From an uncultured Campylobacter sp. (GTDB taxonomy: Bacteria > Campylobacterota > Campylobacteria > Campylobacterales > Campylobacteraceae), in assembly GCA_963527315.1 (NCBI GenBank), contig CAURQE010000008.1, positions 45,970 through 109,969 of the forward strand: a stretch of 64,000 nt of DNA, in the 5' to 3' direction. This document shows positions 1 to 10,523 of this stretch, piece by piece (the first letter of the stretch is position 1; the number at the start of each line of letters is the position of its first letter). Position numbers and translations under genes: made by a program. Under the pieces are notes generated by a model, which worked only from the letters and a program-made list of their open reading frames with translations, made no database searches and was not told the origin of the DNA.

Positions 1-224
1 CTGCAAAGTTGTAGCAGCTAAGAAAAATTAGTGCGTTATGCTTATTTGTGAGTGCTTGTATTTTTAGGCGCAAATTTAGCAGAGTGACAAAAGATGGAAT
101 GTACGAAGAAAAATAAGTCCATAAAATTATAAAATTTAGAGAGTTTTAAAACAAGTAGGCGAGCCGTGAATGACTCGCGCGCAAGATAAGATCGACCGTC
201 AAATTTGGTCCAAAGGGCGCAAAT

Positions 225-1574
225 TTACGACTCGTTTAATATCGAAAGCAACTCTTTATTGTCCTTGGTTTTTAGCATCTTGGCGTATAAAAACTTAAGC
301 GCCTCTACGTCGTCCATCGTCGCGATCGCCGAGCGGATAGCCCAGATTTTTTGCAGTTCGTCGGGTTTTTGCAGTAGTTCTTCTTTTCTGGTGCCTGATT
401 TTAATACGTTGATGGCAGGGTAAATTCGGCGGTCGGAGATGTTGCGATCTAGCACGATTTCGCTATTGCCCGTGCCTTTAAACTCCTCGAAAATCACCTC
501 GTCCATACGAGAGCCCGTGTCGATGAGCGCGGTAGCGATGATGGTGAGGCTGCCGCCGTGTTCGATATTTCTCGCCGCGCCGAAAAAGCGTTTCGGCTTA
601 TGCAGTGCGTTTGCGTCCACGCCGCCGGTTAGTACCTTGCCGCTTGGCGGAGTTACGGTGTTGTAAGCGCGCGCTAGGCGGGTGATGCTATCAAGCAGGA
701 TGATGACGTCCTTGCCCATTTCTACGAGGCGTTTGGCCTTTTCGATGACGAGTTCGGCGACGCGCACGTGGTTCATAGCAGGCAGGTCAAACGTCGAGCT
801 AAATACCTCGCCCTTTACGCAGCGCTGCATGTCGGTGACCTCTTCTGGACGCTCGTCCACGAGCAAAACCATGAGATGCGACTCTGGGTGGTTGCGCGCG
901 ATGCCGTGGGCTAGCTCTTTCATAAGCTCGGTTTTACCGCTTCTTGGAGGAGCGACGATGAGACCGCGCTGACCCTTGCCAAGAGGCGTAAAGAGATCTA
1001 GCACGCGGCCCGTTAGCTTAATCGGGTCGTATTCTAGGCGGAGTTTTTCCGTCGGGAAAAGCGGGGTTAAGTTGTCAAATAGCGGGCGCTCTTTGGCCTC
1101 GATTAGCGGCATGTAGTTTAGCGCTTCGATTTTTAGCAGGGCGTAGTATTTTTCCTGATCTTTTGGTTCGCGTACTTGACCCGTCACGATGTCGCCCACG
1201 CGCAGGGCAAATTTGCGAATTTGAGAGTTTGAGACGTAGGCGTCGTTTGAACTGTCGCTGATGTTTGCGTCCACGGCTCTTAAAAAGCCGTAGCCGTCGG
1301 GCATAATCTCTAAAATGCCCGTAAAAAGTATAAATCCGCCTTGTTTGGTTTGGGCTTTTAGTATCTCAAATATCAAATCCTGCCTGCGAAATTCGCGCGG
1401 ATTTTCGACGCCGACGCTGTTTGCTATCTGCACTAGCTCGTCTAAGCTTAGCATTCTTAGTTCTTCGATTTTGTGGCCGTCGACGGGGATATGAGTGCGC
1501 GAGTTTGGATATTTTTTGGTCGTTTTTTGATTTTCCTGCGCCGAATTTGCAGGCTGGGTTGCGTTATTTTCCAT
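225..1574 (-). CDS. rho: transcription termination factor Rho
   Basis: 449-aa ORF. Walker A 'APPRSGKT'. Conserved C-terminal '[20 protein letters not shown]'. N-terminal RNA-binding domain. Confidence 0.95.
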   Translation of the reverse strand: MENNATQPANSAQENQKTTKKYPNSRTHIPVDGHKIEELRMLSLDELVQIANSVGVENPREFRRQDLIFEILKAQTKQGGFILFTGILEIMPDGYGFLRAVDANISDSSNDAYVSNSQIRKFALRVGDIVTGQVREPKDQEKYYALLKIEALNYMPLIEAKERPLFDNLTPLFPTEKLRLEYDPIKLTGRVLDLFTPLGKGQRGLIVAPPRSGKTELMKELAHGIARNHPESHLMVLLVDERPEEVTDMQRCVKGEVFSSTFDLPAMNHVRVAELVIEKAKRLVEMGKDVIILLDSITRLARAYNTVTPPSGKVLTGGVDANALHKPKRFFGAARNIEHGGSLTIIATALIDTGSRMDEVIFEEFKGTGNSEIVLDRNISDRRIYPAINVLKSGTRKEELLQKPDELQKIWAIRSAIATMDDVEALKFLYAKMLKTKDNKELLSILNES

Positions 1575-1682
1575 CGTGTCCTCTTTAAAATTACGGAATA
1601 ATTTTGTAGATAAATTTAAGTTTCAAAAGAAGTTTTGAAAGCCCGCATTTTATAAAATTTTGGCTTTGATGTCAAGACGCGG

Positions 1683-1688
1683 TATAAT
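1683..1688 (+). promoter_or_regulatory. candidate -10 box (TATAAT) for the CDF transporter gene
   Basis: Perfect TATAAT lies 10 nt upstream of the first ATG (1698). An internal ATG at 1716 is preceded by AAAGGA (1702-1707) and is the more likely start. Confidence 0.4.
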
Positions 1689-1697
1689 ACGCCAAAA

Positions 1698-2826
1698 ATG
1701 AAAAGGAATCTCAAAATGATGGATTTTAAAGACGGCAAGCGCGAAAAAACGATCATAAAAACCGCGCTTATCGGTATAGTTACGAATTTTTTCTTAGCCG
1801 GGGCGAAAATCTTTATCGCTATGGTCTCAAACTCGGTCGCGCTGATATCAGACGCCGTAAATAACCTTAGCGACGCAGGCTCAAGTATCATCACGATATT
1901 TGGCTCAAAACTAGCTAGCAAGATGCCGGGCGAAGCCCCACCCCTACGGCTACGGCAGGACCGAGTATATCGGCGGTCTTATAGTCTCGGTCATCGTGCT
2001 GATGCTTGGATTTCAGTTTCTAAAAACTTCGGTAGAAAATATTTTTGCACCTGAGCCTACTAGTTTTACGATGCCGTTTTTGGCGTTTTTGTTCTGCGCG
2101 ATATTCGTCAAATTTGCGCTCGGATTTTACTACAAAAAGATCGGCAAACAGACCAAATCTATCTCGCTTAGAGCCGTCAGGCAGGAGGCTTTGGGCGATG
2201 CGATCATATCGTGCGTGATCCTCGTTTCCGCCGCGCTATCGTACTTCGCCGATATCCAGATAGACGGCTACGCGGGCGCTTTGGCGTCGCTTTTTATTAT
2301 CGTAAACGGCGTGCTTTTGATAAAAGAAACTTTTGATAAAATCATCGGTCAGCGCGTCGAAAAGGAGATCAGCGACGAAATTTACGCCGCCGTAAATCGC
2401 TGCGAGATCGTGCGCGGCGCATACGACCTGATACTTCACAACTACGGCGCGCAGTGATACGTCGGCTCGGTAAACGTCGAGATAGACGAGCATTTGCCCC
2501 TTAGCGAGGTTTCGCAGAGGTTAAACGAGCTTCAAATCGAGATTTATAAAATTTACAGGATTTATCTGGTTTTTGGCGTTTATAGCGTAAATTTGGGGCA
2601 GGAGCAAAGCCGCGCCTGCGTGGCGAATCTACTCTCGCGCTTTAGCAGCGTGCGCGGATTTCACGCGTTTTTCATCGATACTAAGAAAAAGAGCGTGAGG
2701 TTTGACGTAGTGGTCGATTTCGCCGAGAAAAATCTAAGCCGACTACGCGCCGAGTTAGAACGCGAAGTAGCGTTAAGCTTTCCCGGATATAAAATTTTCA
2801 TTGTGATAGATAGGGAGTTTGCGTGA
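1698..2826 (+). pseudogene. cation diffusion facilitator (CDF) family transporter, disrupted by one frameshift and one in-frame TGA
   Basis: Three consecutive ORFs (1698-2054, 1996-2457, 2494-2826) together make one CDF protein. The CDF motif 'HPYGYGRTEYIGGL' is readable only in the +1 frame from 1939, after the C-rich run at 1936-1944. An in-frame TGA sits at 2455-2457 within 'HNYGAQ*YVGSVNVEIDEH'. Confidence 0.8.
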
Positions 2827-2940
2827 GGGTTGAGAGAGGGGCTAATCGGTAGCGCCTGGGACATTTAATGTGCTATAATCGTAAGGCTTTAAAAATATAA
2901 AAACTATAGCGTAAAAATTTTAATCTAATCGTGAGAAAAA

Positions 2941-3393
2941 ATGGCGTTTTTAAAAATTTTGACTTGTGCGTTTTCGATGAGTTTTTGCTTTATGAGTATC
3001 TACGAGCTTACGACTAGCGCGGTAGAGCTTGTGTTTTTTAGCGAATATAACCCCGCGGGAGATGCCGATCCTCTCGGCGATTTAGGCGATCCGCTTGATT
3101 GGCTTGAGCTAAATATCGCTTATTTGGTTGGTTTTTGGATATTTTTTAGCGGCGTGTGCGCAGTGCTTTATAAGCGGCTAAGTTATTTTGACGAAATTGC
3201 AAAATTTTTCATAGATTTGTTTTTACCTGCCGCTGCGACGATTATTTTGGCGCTTATTTTGGGTGCGATACTCCCGTTTGTGGTCGGGGCACGGCGAGGG
3301 GACTTTGTTATTGCTCAAGGGGTTGGCATATTTTTAGCCCAAATACTTTTTATAATCACAATAGCTTGCTTGCTAAAAAGAGAGCAAAAGTAG
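2941..3393 (+). CDS. hypothetical integral membrane protein
   Basis: 150-aa ORF with several hydrophobic helices. No family recognised. Confidence 0.55.
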   Translation: MAFLKILTCAFSMSFCFMSIYELTTSAVELVFFSEYNPAGDADPLGDLGDPLDWLELNIAYLVGFWIFFSGVCAVLYKRLSYFDEIAKFFIDLFLPAAATIILALILGAILPFVVGARRGDFVIAQGVGIFLAQILFIITIACLLKREQK

Positions 3394-3691
3394 TAAATTT
3401 AGCGCTAAAGATGTCATTTATATTACTACAAGTTTCCAAAGAGCGGTTATGGGTAAAAATTCTTTGCAAAATTCGAGGCTGAAATTTGCAAACATTAAAA
3501 ACTTTCTCGTAAATTTGCCAGCGTTTTCAAGGTGCGGGTTTTGGCTAAATCCGGTCAAATTTACGGTTACGTCTGTGCGCGAGCAAAATCTGTCAAATTT
3601 GCCGTCAAATTCGGGCGCAAGCGAAATCAAGCGAGGCTTTAGAAATTTTACGTATAATCTAAAATCTTAAAACGAAAGAAAAAAGTAATTT

Positions 3692-6094
3692 ATGGGCAAA
3701 TTTAAGTGCGCGCATTGCAGGGGCGAATTTGATCGCGAGGCGCTGATAGAGCGCGGCGGGGAGCTATTTTGCTGCGAGGGGTGCGCGGGAGTTTACGAGA
3801 TACTTAGCGCAAGCGGGCTTAATGAGTTTTACGAAAGGCTCGGTAAAACTACGCTAAATCCAGCCATAAGCGCGAAAAATGCGGCGCAAAAGTCGCAAGA
3901 AGACCTCGCGGCTATTTATCAAAACTACGTCAAAAACGAGAACGGTTTTAACAAAATCTCTCTCATCATCGAGGGCATCCACTGCTCGGCTTGCGTCTGG
4001 CTAAACGAGAAGGTTTTATTTGCGCAAAAGGGAATTTTAGATGTAAATATAAACTCAGTTAATAATAAAGCCCTCATCGTCTGGGACGAAAACGAGATAA
4101 ATTTGGCCCAAATTTTTGCTCTCATCCGCTCTGTCGGCTACGAGCCCTACCCATACGACGCGCAGGCTCAGGAGCAAAGACTTTCGGGGCAGAGGCGCGA
4201 ATTTTACGCTAGGCTGCTAGTTGGGGTGTTTTGCACGATGAACATCATGTGGCTGGCCGTCGCGCAGTACGGCGGTTACTTCACGGGCATGCGCACCGAC
4301 GTGCGCTCTATCATAAATTTCGCCGAGTTTATCCTCGCTACGCCGGTGCTTTTTTACACGGGAAGCGGTTTTTTTAGGGGCGCTTGGACGGCGCTAAAAA
4401 ACAAAACTCAAAACATGGATAGCCTCATCGTCACGGGTACGCTCGCGGCCTATATCTTCTCGATATACGCGATGTTTTCCAGGCAAGGCGAGGTGTATTT
4501 TGACTCGGTTGCGATGATAATTACTTTCGTATTTATCGGCAAATATCTGGAAATCTTAAGCAAAAAAAAGGCCGCCGACACGCTTGATAATCTAAACTCG
4601 CTAAATTTAAACTCCGTTAGCGTCAAAAACGGCGACGAAATAATCCTAAAAAGCGCGCAGGAGGTGCGTGTGGGCGAACTCGTAGTCGTGCGAGTCGGCG
4701 AGCGCGTGCTGCTTGACGGCATCGCCATCAGCGGCGCGGCGAGCTTTGATCTCTCTAGCCTTAGCGGCGAGAGCGCGCCTGCATATCTTAGCGCAAAAGA
4801 TGGCGAAAACGAGATAAAAAGCGGCTCGGTTTGCGTGGACGGTACGCTGGTTTATGAGGTCGGCGCCGTGTTTAGCGAGTCTGTGCTAGCGCGTATTATA
4901 AATCTGCTCGAAACCGCCGCAGCCAAAAAGCCCAAAATCCAGACACTCGCAGATGCTATCGCGGCGAGGTTTTCGACCGCTATCACGGCTCTGGCGCTAG
5001 CGACGTTTGCGTTTTGGTTCTGGCGCACGGGCGAGTTCTCCGCCGCGCTCATCGTCGCGATCTCGGTCGTGGTGATCTCGTGCCCCTGCGCGCTAGGACT
5101 TGCTACGCCCGTTAGCACGCTCGTTGCGCTTGGGGCGGGCTTTAGGCACGGGATACTTTTTAAAGAAGCTCGCATCATCGAAAGTCTAGCAAAGTGCGAT
5201 ACGGCCGTGTTTGATAAGACCGGCACGCTCACGTCGGGGCGGCTTAAGGTGAGTAAATTTACGCACGTGGGCAAATTTGACGCAAGCGCGCTTTTTTCGC
5301 TAGTTAGCGGCTCGGATCATCCCGTTAGCCGCGCGGTGGGCGAGTATTTGCGCGCAAATTTTAAGGATTTAAAACTTTTAGAGCTAAGCGGCTTTGAAAA
5401 CATCGCAGCGCGCGGAGTAAGGGCTAAATTTGGCGGCATAAATCTAGCCGGCGGGAGCGAGAAATTTATGCGAGAGCTAGGGCTTTATGACGGCGAAGCG
5501 GTGCGCGGCACTAGCTATTTTTTCGCCGCAGACGGGCAGATCGCGTCGGCATTTGAGCTAGAGGAGAGTCTAAAAGATGGCGCCAAGGAGTGCGTAGCCG
5601 CGCTAAAAAACGCTGACATGCGCGTGGCGATGCTAACGGGCGATAACGAATACGCCGTAAAGCGCGCGGCAGAGGAGCTAGGCGTGGGCGAAACGGTCGC
5701 AAACGCTCTGCCTACCGATAAGGCCGCCTACGTAGAGAGACTGGCGCAGCAAGGGCGAAACGTGCTGATGGTAGGCGACGGGATCAACGACGCCGCCGCG
5801 CTCGCGCTATCAAGCGTGGCCGTATGTATGGGTAGCGGAGCGGCCGTGAGTATCGCAAAAAGCGACGTCGTGCTGATGAGAGACGACCCCGCCTCGCTCG
5901 CGGCTGCCGTAGCGCTCGCGCGTAAAACCTACCGCATCGTGCGGCAAAATTTGGTCTTTTCGCTCGTTTATAACGCCGTGACGATACCGCTGGCGATGGC
6001 CGGCTACGTCGCGCCCGCCGTGGCTGCGCTATCGATGTCGCTAAGCTCGGTCGCGGTCGTGCTAAACGCGCTGCGGGCTAGGAGCGAGCGATGA
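3692..6094 (+). CDS. ccoI: heavy-metal (Cu) translocating P-type ATPase, cbb3 oxidase maturation type (CcoI/FixI)
   Basis: 800 aa. N-terminal Cys-rich 'CAHC...CCEGC'. TM motif 'CPC'. 'DKTGTLT' phosphorylation site. 'GDGINDAAAL' hinge. 4-bp overlap with ccoS. Confidence 0.9.
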   Translation: MGKFKCAHCRGEFDREALIERGGELFCCEGCAGVYEILSASGLNEFYERLGKTTLNPAISAKNAAQKSQEDLAAIYQNYVKNENGFNKISLIIEGIHCSACVWLNEKVLFAQKGILDVNINSVNNKALIVWDENEINLAQIFALIRSVGYEPYPYDAQAQEQRLSGQRREFYARLLVGVFCTMNIMWLAVAQYGGYFTGMRTDVRSIINFAEFILATPVLFYTGSGFFRGAWTALKNKTQNMDSLIVTGTLAAYIFSIYAMFSRQGEVYFDSVAMIITFVFIGKYLEILSKKKAADTLDNLNSLNLNSVSVKNGDEIILKSAQEVRVGELVVVRVGERVLLDGIAISGAASFDLSSLSGESAPAYLSAKDGENEIKSGSVCVDGTLVYEVGAVFSESVLARIINLLETAAAKKPKIQTLADAIAARFSTAITALALATFAFWFWRTGEFSAALIVAISVVVISCPCALGLATPVSTLVALGAGFRHGILFKEARIIESLAKCDTAVFDKTGTLTSGRLKVSKFTHVGKFDASALFSLVSGSDHPVSRAVGEYLRANFKDLKLLELSGFENIAARGVRAKFGGINLAGGSEKFMRELGLYDGEAVRGTSYFFAADGQIASAFELEESLKDGAKECVAALKNADMRVAMLTGDNEYAVKRAAEELGVGETVANALPTDKAAYVERLAQQGRNVLMVGDGINDAAALALSSVAVCMGSGAAVSIAKSDVVLMRDDPASLAAAVALARKTYRIVRQNLVFSLVYNAVTIPLAMAGYVAPAVAALSMSLSSVAVVLNALRARSER

Positions 6095-6303
6095 GCGGGG
6101 CGGTTGTGGCGATGATGATCGGGGTCTCGACGCTGCTGGGCGCGTGCGGGCTGGCGGCGCTGCTGTGGGGGCTCAAAACTAGGCAGTTTGACGATGAGCG
6201 AAAGTTTTTGGACGGGACGAAATTTGACGACGAAGACGCGCTAAATGATGCCTATGAGCTGGAGCTGCGCCGTAAAGAAAAGGGCTATAAGCCGCCTGAG
6301 TGA
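6091..6303 (+). CDS. ccoS: cbb3-type cytochrome oxidase assembly protein CcoS
   Basis: 70 aa. Single N-terminal TM helix followed by 'QFDDE...FDDEDA'. ATGA overlap with ccoI. Confidence 0.85.
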   Translation: MSGAVVAMMIGVSTLLGACGLAALLWGLKTRQFDDERKFLDGTKFDDEDALNDAYELELRRKEKGYKPPE

Positions 6304-7182
6304 GGCGAATTTACGCCTGTGTTCAGTTCGTCTTTGCCGCGAAAATTCGGTTATTTTGGGTCGTAAAATTTGCCGCGAAATTTGATTTCTAGCGTGGGCG
6401 GGATTTGCGGTAAATTTTCGTTTTTAAATTTGACGGGGCGTATTTTTACGGCAAATTTAAGCGGTAATTTTCAATCCTGGGTAAGACTCGGCGTGAAATT
6501 TGACGAGCTACGCGGGCACGTCGCTGCGTAGCGTGGGTAAATTCGGGCAAAATCGGGCGTTTTTGCATTCGCCGCAGTTATTAAAATTCGTAGGCGGCGG
6601 GTTAAATTTCCCGTCGCGCTTAAAATTTCGGATTTTACGCAGCGGTCGTTAAATTTAAGTCGATGCGGCTTTACGTATCGGTTTTAGATATAGTCGTAAT
6701 GCCGTAAATCTCGGCGCCACCAACTTTTTTGCGGGTCGCTTCGGCGGACTTTTGATTTTAATATGCTTTTTAGCGAAATTTCGCCGTATATATTTTGAGG
6801 TATTGCCTACGATGCGCTCTTATTCGTACTTGCGATTATCGACGGCTAGTGCGCGGACGGGGCGAATTCGCACCTAAAGCCTTTGCCGCAAATGAGCGGG
6901 GCGGCGAAAATTTTATCCTTTTGTAAAAATCCCTTCGTAAATTTACTCGCTCTAACGATATTTTTGCGGCCGCTTGACGCACCCGCCGGGTATGCCGCCT
7001 GCTTGGAGTTTAGGCGGCTTGGAGCCGTTTAGATTTAATCGCTGCAATCGCCGAGCGGGCGTGGCTTAGTCCTAATAATTTTTTGCTTTCTTGCTTGTAA
7101 AAGCTTCGCTCTGGCAAGCATTTTTAATCTACTTTTAGCTTTTTAGCGATATGATTCCGCAAATTTTAACAAAGGAAACAAC
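6304..7182. other. ORF-free AAATTT-rich spacer (about 0.88 kb)
   Basis: The six-frame track shows no ORF of 60 aa or more. The text has many (T/G)AAATTT(A/G) words. Confidence 0.7.
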
Positions 7183-7731
7183 ATGAAAACGCTAGTTATC
7201 TTGTCGCACCCAAATCTCGCCGCATCGCGCGTAAACAAAGCCTTGTCGCAGGTAGCAAAGGCCGCAGCGGACGCTAAGGTGCGCCATTTGGAGGGGCTTT
7301 ACGGCCTAGATATCGCGCGCATAGACGCCAGCTCAGAGCAAGACGCGTTAGCGAGTGCCGAGCGCATCGTATTTTTGTACCCGATGTACTGGCTAAACGT
7401 GCCGCCTATGCTAAAAGCCTATATCGATATCGTCTTTTCGCACGAGCTGGTGGGTTCCGGCGCGCTTAAAGGCAAGGTCTTGCAGCTTGCGCTAAGCGTC
7501 AGCACCCCGCTTGGAGAATACTCTAAACAGGGCGCGATCGGCTTTAGCTTGGATGAAATTTTAACGCCGCTTAAGATCGCGGCAAACTACTGCGGGATGG
7601 ACTTTGCCGTGCCGTTTATCAGCAGCGGATTTGAGCCCGGCGAGTTTGGCGACGATGCCGTAGATGCCGCAGCCGCGCGCTTTGGCAAGCTTTTACGAGG
7701 AGAGCTAAGTCCAGGCGAATATCAAATTTAG
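7183..7731 (+). CDS. NAD(P)H-dependent oxidoreductase, flavodoxin-like fold (KefG/YwrO-like)
   Basis: 182 aa. The N-terminus 'MKTLVILSHPN' is typical of the Flavodoxin_2 family. RBS 'AAAGGAAA' upstream. Confidence 0.7.
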   Translation: MKTLVILSHPNLAASRVNKALSQVAKAAADAKVRHLEGLYGLDIARIDASSEQDALASAERIVFLYPMYWLNVPPMLKAYIDIVFSHELVGSGALKGKVLQLALSVSTPLGEYSKQGAIGFSLDEILTPLKIAANYCGMDFAVPFISSGFEPGEFGDDAVDAAAARFGKLLRGELSPGEYQI

Positions 7732-8138
7732 CCTCGTCTTTTGCGACCGCGAGTTAAAATTTCGCGACGGAGAATTTGGCTGCGAAATCCGCTTTTGCCG
7801 AGCCGACCGCTAAAAAGCTCGAATTTAGCTCGGTTTTGCATTAATACGGGCGTTTTTATGCCGCCGCTTACGGGCGTGCGATTTTGTAAACCCGCGCTAC
7901 GGCGTGTATCTTAAATTTCTTTAAAGGCGCGCCCTAAATTTAACCTTAAGCCCGAAATTGCGGTATTAAATTTATCCGTCGATTTTCGCGCCTCGATGCA
8001 AGTATAAAATCAAATTTAAAGCCTGATTTAAGCGAGTAAATAAAACCTGCGCCGAAACAATCTCTCGCGATTATCGCAAATGCTTGCCGCTACTTGTTTT
8101 GTCTGCTTGCGGTAAATTTGCGAGCTCAAACAGCAAGC

Positions 8139-8441
8139 TTATTTTAGGCTTTCTATATACTCGCTAACAGCCGCCATATCCTCGTCGCTTAGGTTTTTGG
8201 CGTGCAGCTGCATGACTTTGCCCATGCCGAAGGCGTTGTTTGAGCCGTCTTTATAGCCTTGTAGCGCTTTTATGCGGTCCTCTTTGCTGATGCTAGTTAG
8301 CGCAGGCACTTTGTTTGCGTATTTTACCTCCGCTTTTTCGCCGTGACAGGCCGAGCATTTTTTGTAAATGGCTTCGCCGCTAGCCGCAAATAGAGATAAA
8401 TTTAGCGCCAAAATGGCGGTAGCGATGTGATAGATTTTCAT
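8139..8441 (-). CDS. periplasmic monohaem cytochrome c (c553-type)
   Basis: 100 aa. Signal peptide, single 'CSACH' haem motif, distal Met. Paralog of the neighbouring gene. Confidence 0.85.
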   Translation of the reverse strand: MKIYHIATAILALNLSLFAASGEAIYKKCSACHGEKAEVKYANKVPALTSISKEDRIKALQGYKDGSNNAFGMGKVMQLHAKNLSDEDMAAVSEYIESLK

Positions 8442-8473
8442 CTTTCGTCCTTTTTGATAGAAATTTAGACGAG

Positions 8474-8479
8474 ATTATA
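8474..8479 (-). promoter_or_regulatory. candidate -10 box (TATAAT) for cytochrome c553 copy 1
   Basis: Minus-strand 'TTAAGACTATAAT' upstream of the 8441 start. The same string recurs upstream of copy 2. Confidence 0.45.
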
Positions 8480-8534
8480 GTCTTAAAAAGTTAAAAGAAA
8501 AATTATAAAAAAGTTGCAAAAATGAAGCGTCAAA

Positions 8535-8563
8535 GAGAGAAAAATCGGCGGGAAACTCCGCCG
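8535..8563 (-). terminator. rho-independent terminator after cytochrome c553 copy 2
   Basis: 6-bp GC stem CGGCGG/CCGCCG (8546-8551 / 8558-8563) with a 6-nt loop. On the minus strand it is followed by ATTTTTCTCTCTTT. Confidence 0.6.
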
Positions 8564-8569
8564 AAGAGA

Positions 8570-8881
8570 TTATTTTAGAGTAGGGATGTACTCTGAAAGA
8601 GCGGCGATATCCTCGTCGTTAAGACCTTTTGCTAGAGGTTTCATCATCGCAGAAGACTTAAATTTATCTAGGCTGCCCTCTTTGTAACCTTTTAAAGCCT
8701 CAGCGATCTCTTCTTTAGAAAGAGACGAAAGCGCAGGAACTTTGTTTAGATACATTTTTTCAGCTTTAGCTCCGTGACAGGCTTTGCATTTGTTGTAAAG
8801 GGTCGCGCCGTCAGCGGCAAATAGGCTACCTGCTAGCAATGCGGCAGCTCCTGAAACAATGATAAGCTTTTTCATTTTCAA
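8570..8881 (-). CDS. periplasmic monohaem cytochrome c (c553-type)
   Basis: 103 aa. Signal peptide, 'CKACH'. Collinear similarity to the 8139-8441 product ('KVPALSSLSKEE...ALKGYK...DEDIAALSEYI'). Confidence 0.85.
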   Translation of the reverse strand: MKMKKLIIVSGAAALLAGSLFAADGATLYNKCKACHGAKAEKMYLNKVPALSSLSKEEIAEALKGYKEGSLDKFKSSAMMKPLAKGLNDEDIAALSEYIPTLK

Positions 8882-8906
8882 TCCTTTTTGATAAAATTGT
8901 AGGCGT

Positions 8907-8912
8907 ATTATA
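8907..8912 (-). promoter_or_regulatory. candidate -10 box (TATAAT) for cytochrome c553 copy 2
   Basis: Minus-strand 'TTAAGACTATAAT', duplicated from or to copy 1. Confidence 0.45.
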
Positions 8913-9015
8913 GTCTTAAAAGCTAAATTTTACATTATTTTTTTACATTAGTTTCTATCGCGGCGCGGGCGGCGATTTTCGGTTAAATTTAGATTTTTTT
9001 TGTATAATTTTCGCC

Positions 9016-9540
9016 ATGGATAAAACAAAGCTTAAAACGCAGCCGCAAAAGGCGCTATTTCTTGATCGCGACGGCGTGATAAACGAGGATGCGGGCTATG
9101 TTTATAGACGCGAGGATTTCGTTTTTAAAGATGGCATTTTTGAAGCCTTACGCAAATTTGCGCAGGCAGGCTACGCGCTAGTCGTGGTGACGAATCAATC
9201 AGGCATCGGACGAGGCTACTACACGCTAGAGCAGTTTGACGAGCTTTGCAGATTTATGCTGAGCGAGTTTGAAAAAGAGGGCGTAAAGATAGAGAAAATT
9301 TACTTTTGTCCGCACGCGCCGGAAGCCCTTTGCGGTTGCCGTAAACCGGAGCCGGGCATGCTGATAAAGGCCGCAAGCGAGCTAAACATCGACCTTGCGC
9401 GCTCAATCATGATAGGCGACAAGGATAGCGACGTGCAGGCGGGGCAGAGTGCCGGCGTCGGGATAAATTTAAAGCTGGACGACCGGCTAAAAAGCGTGGC
9501 TGAGGCGCTAGAGTTTTTAAAAAAAGAAGGAAAAATATGA
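9016..9540 (+). CDS. gmhB: D-glycero-D-manno-heptose 1,7-bisphosphate phosphatase
   Basis: 174 aa. HAD motif 'FLDRDGVIN'. Zn-binding 'CPH...CGCRKP'. 'GDKDSD'. Confidence 0.9.
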   Translation: MDKTKLKTQPQKALFLDRDGVINEDAGYVYRREDFVFKDGIFEALRKFAQAGYALVVVTNQSGIGRGYYTLEQFDELCRFMLSEFEKEGVKIEKIYFCPHAPEALCGCRKPEPGMLIKAASELNIDLARSIMIGDKDSDVQAGQSAGVGINLKLDDRLKSVAEALEFLKKEGKI

Positions 9541-10523
9541 AAGATATAAAAAAGGTCGTAATAACTGGCGCTGCAGGCTTCATCGGCTCAAATTTGGCGC
9601 ATTATTTCGATGAAAATTTAAAAGACGTAGAAGTGCTCGCCGTGGATAAATTTAGAAGCGACGAGAAATTTAGCAACGGTAATCTAAAAAGCTTCGGGCA
9701 TTTTAAAAATTTGCTCGGATTTTCGGGCGAAATTTACGAGGGCGACATAAACTGCGTTAAAACGCTAGCCATGATCGAGAAATTCGCTCCCGAAGCGATC
9801 TTTCACGAGGCGGCGATCTCGGATACCACGGTGACCGAGCAAGGCGAGCTAATGAGGACGAATCTAAATAGCTTTAAAGATCTGCTGGATATCTGCGAAA
9901 AAACGGGCGCGCACATGATATACGCAAGTTCGGGCGCCACGTACGGCAACGCAAAAAGCCCGCAAAGAGTCGGCGAATGCGAAGCGCCAAATAACGTTTA
10001 CGGCTTTTCAAAGCTAAAAATGGACGATCTGGGACGAAAATACGCTAAAAGAGGCGTTGCGGTCGTGGGGCTTAGATACTTTAACGTCTACGGCGCGAGG
10101 GAGTTTTATAAAAACAAGACCGCCTCGATGGTGCTGCAGTTTGGTCTGCAAATTTTGAGCGGTAAAAATCCGTGCCTCTTTGAGGGTAGCGACAAAATCA
10201 AGCGCGACTTCGTCTATATAAAAGACATCATGCAGGCAAACCTGCTCGCCCTAAACGCGCCAAGCGGCGTGTATAACGCGGCTACCGGCACGGCAAGAAG
10301 CTTCCAAGAGATCGTGGATATCTTACAGCGTGAGCTGGGGTCAAATTTGCCTTGCGAATACATCCCAAACCCGTACGCGCGCTCATATCAGTTCCATACG
10401 CAAGCCGACATCGAGCCGACCAAAAAGGCGCTAGGATACGAGCCTAAATTTAGCCTGGAAGATGGCATAAAAGACTACGCGGCCGAGATAAAAAGGATAT
10501 ACGAGGAAGAGATAAATGCGTGA
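9537..10523 (+). CDS. hldD: ADP-glyceromanno-heptose 6-epimerase
   Basis: 328 aa. Rossmann '[11 protein letters not shown]'. Catalytic 'YGFSK'. 4-bp overlap with gmhB. Confidence 0.9.
   Translation: MKDIKKVVITGAAGFIGSNLAHYFDENLKDVEVLAVDKFRSDEKFSNGNLKSFGHFKNLLGFSGEIYEGDINCVKTLAMIEKFAPEAIFHEAAISDTTVTEQGELMRTNLNSFKDLLDICEKTGAHMIYASSGATYGNAKSPQRVGECEAPNNVYGFSKLKMDDLGRKYAKRGVAVVGLRYFNVYGAREFYKNKTASMVLQFGLQILSGKNPCLFEGSDKIKRDFVYIKDIMQANLLALNAPSGVYNAATGTARSFQEIVDILQRELGSNLPCEYIPNPYARSYQFHTQADIEPTKKALGYEPKFSLEDGIKDYAAEIKRIYEEEINA

Noticed and set aside
159-180. Hairpin GCGAG-N10-CTCGC downstream of rho as a terminator
   Set aside because: The stem is only 5 bp with a 10-nt loop and a weak T-tract on the minus strand. 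That is not enough to call.
205-972. Three plus-strand ORFs (205-423, 439-666, 682-972) opposite rho
   Set aside because: They lie entirely antisense to a clearly conserved rho gene and have Ser/Leu/Arg-biased composition typical of shadow ORFs.
2455-2457. In-frame TGA in the CDF transporter as a possible selenocysteine or readthrough codon
   Set aside because: The position aligns (from memory) with an Arg in homologs. I saw no obvious SECIS-like hairpin downstream, and the same gene also carries an independent frameshift. A pseudogene is the simpler reading.
3418-3670. ORFs 3418-3630 (-) and 3449-3670 (+) upstream of ccoI
   Set aside because: They overlap each other on opposite strands within AAATTT-rich spacer text. 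They have no RBS and an odd composition (the KF/NL/FA bias produced by the hexamer).
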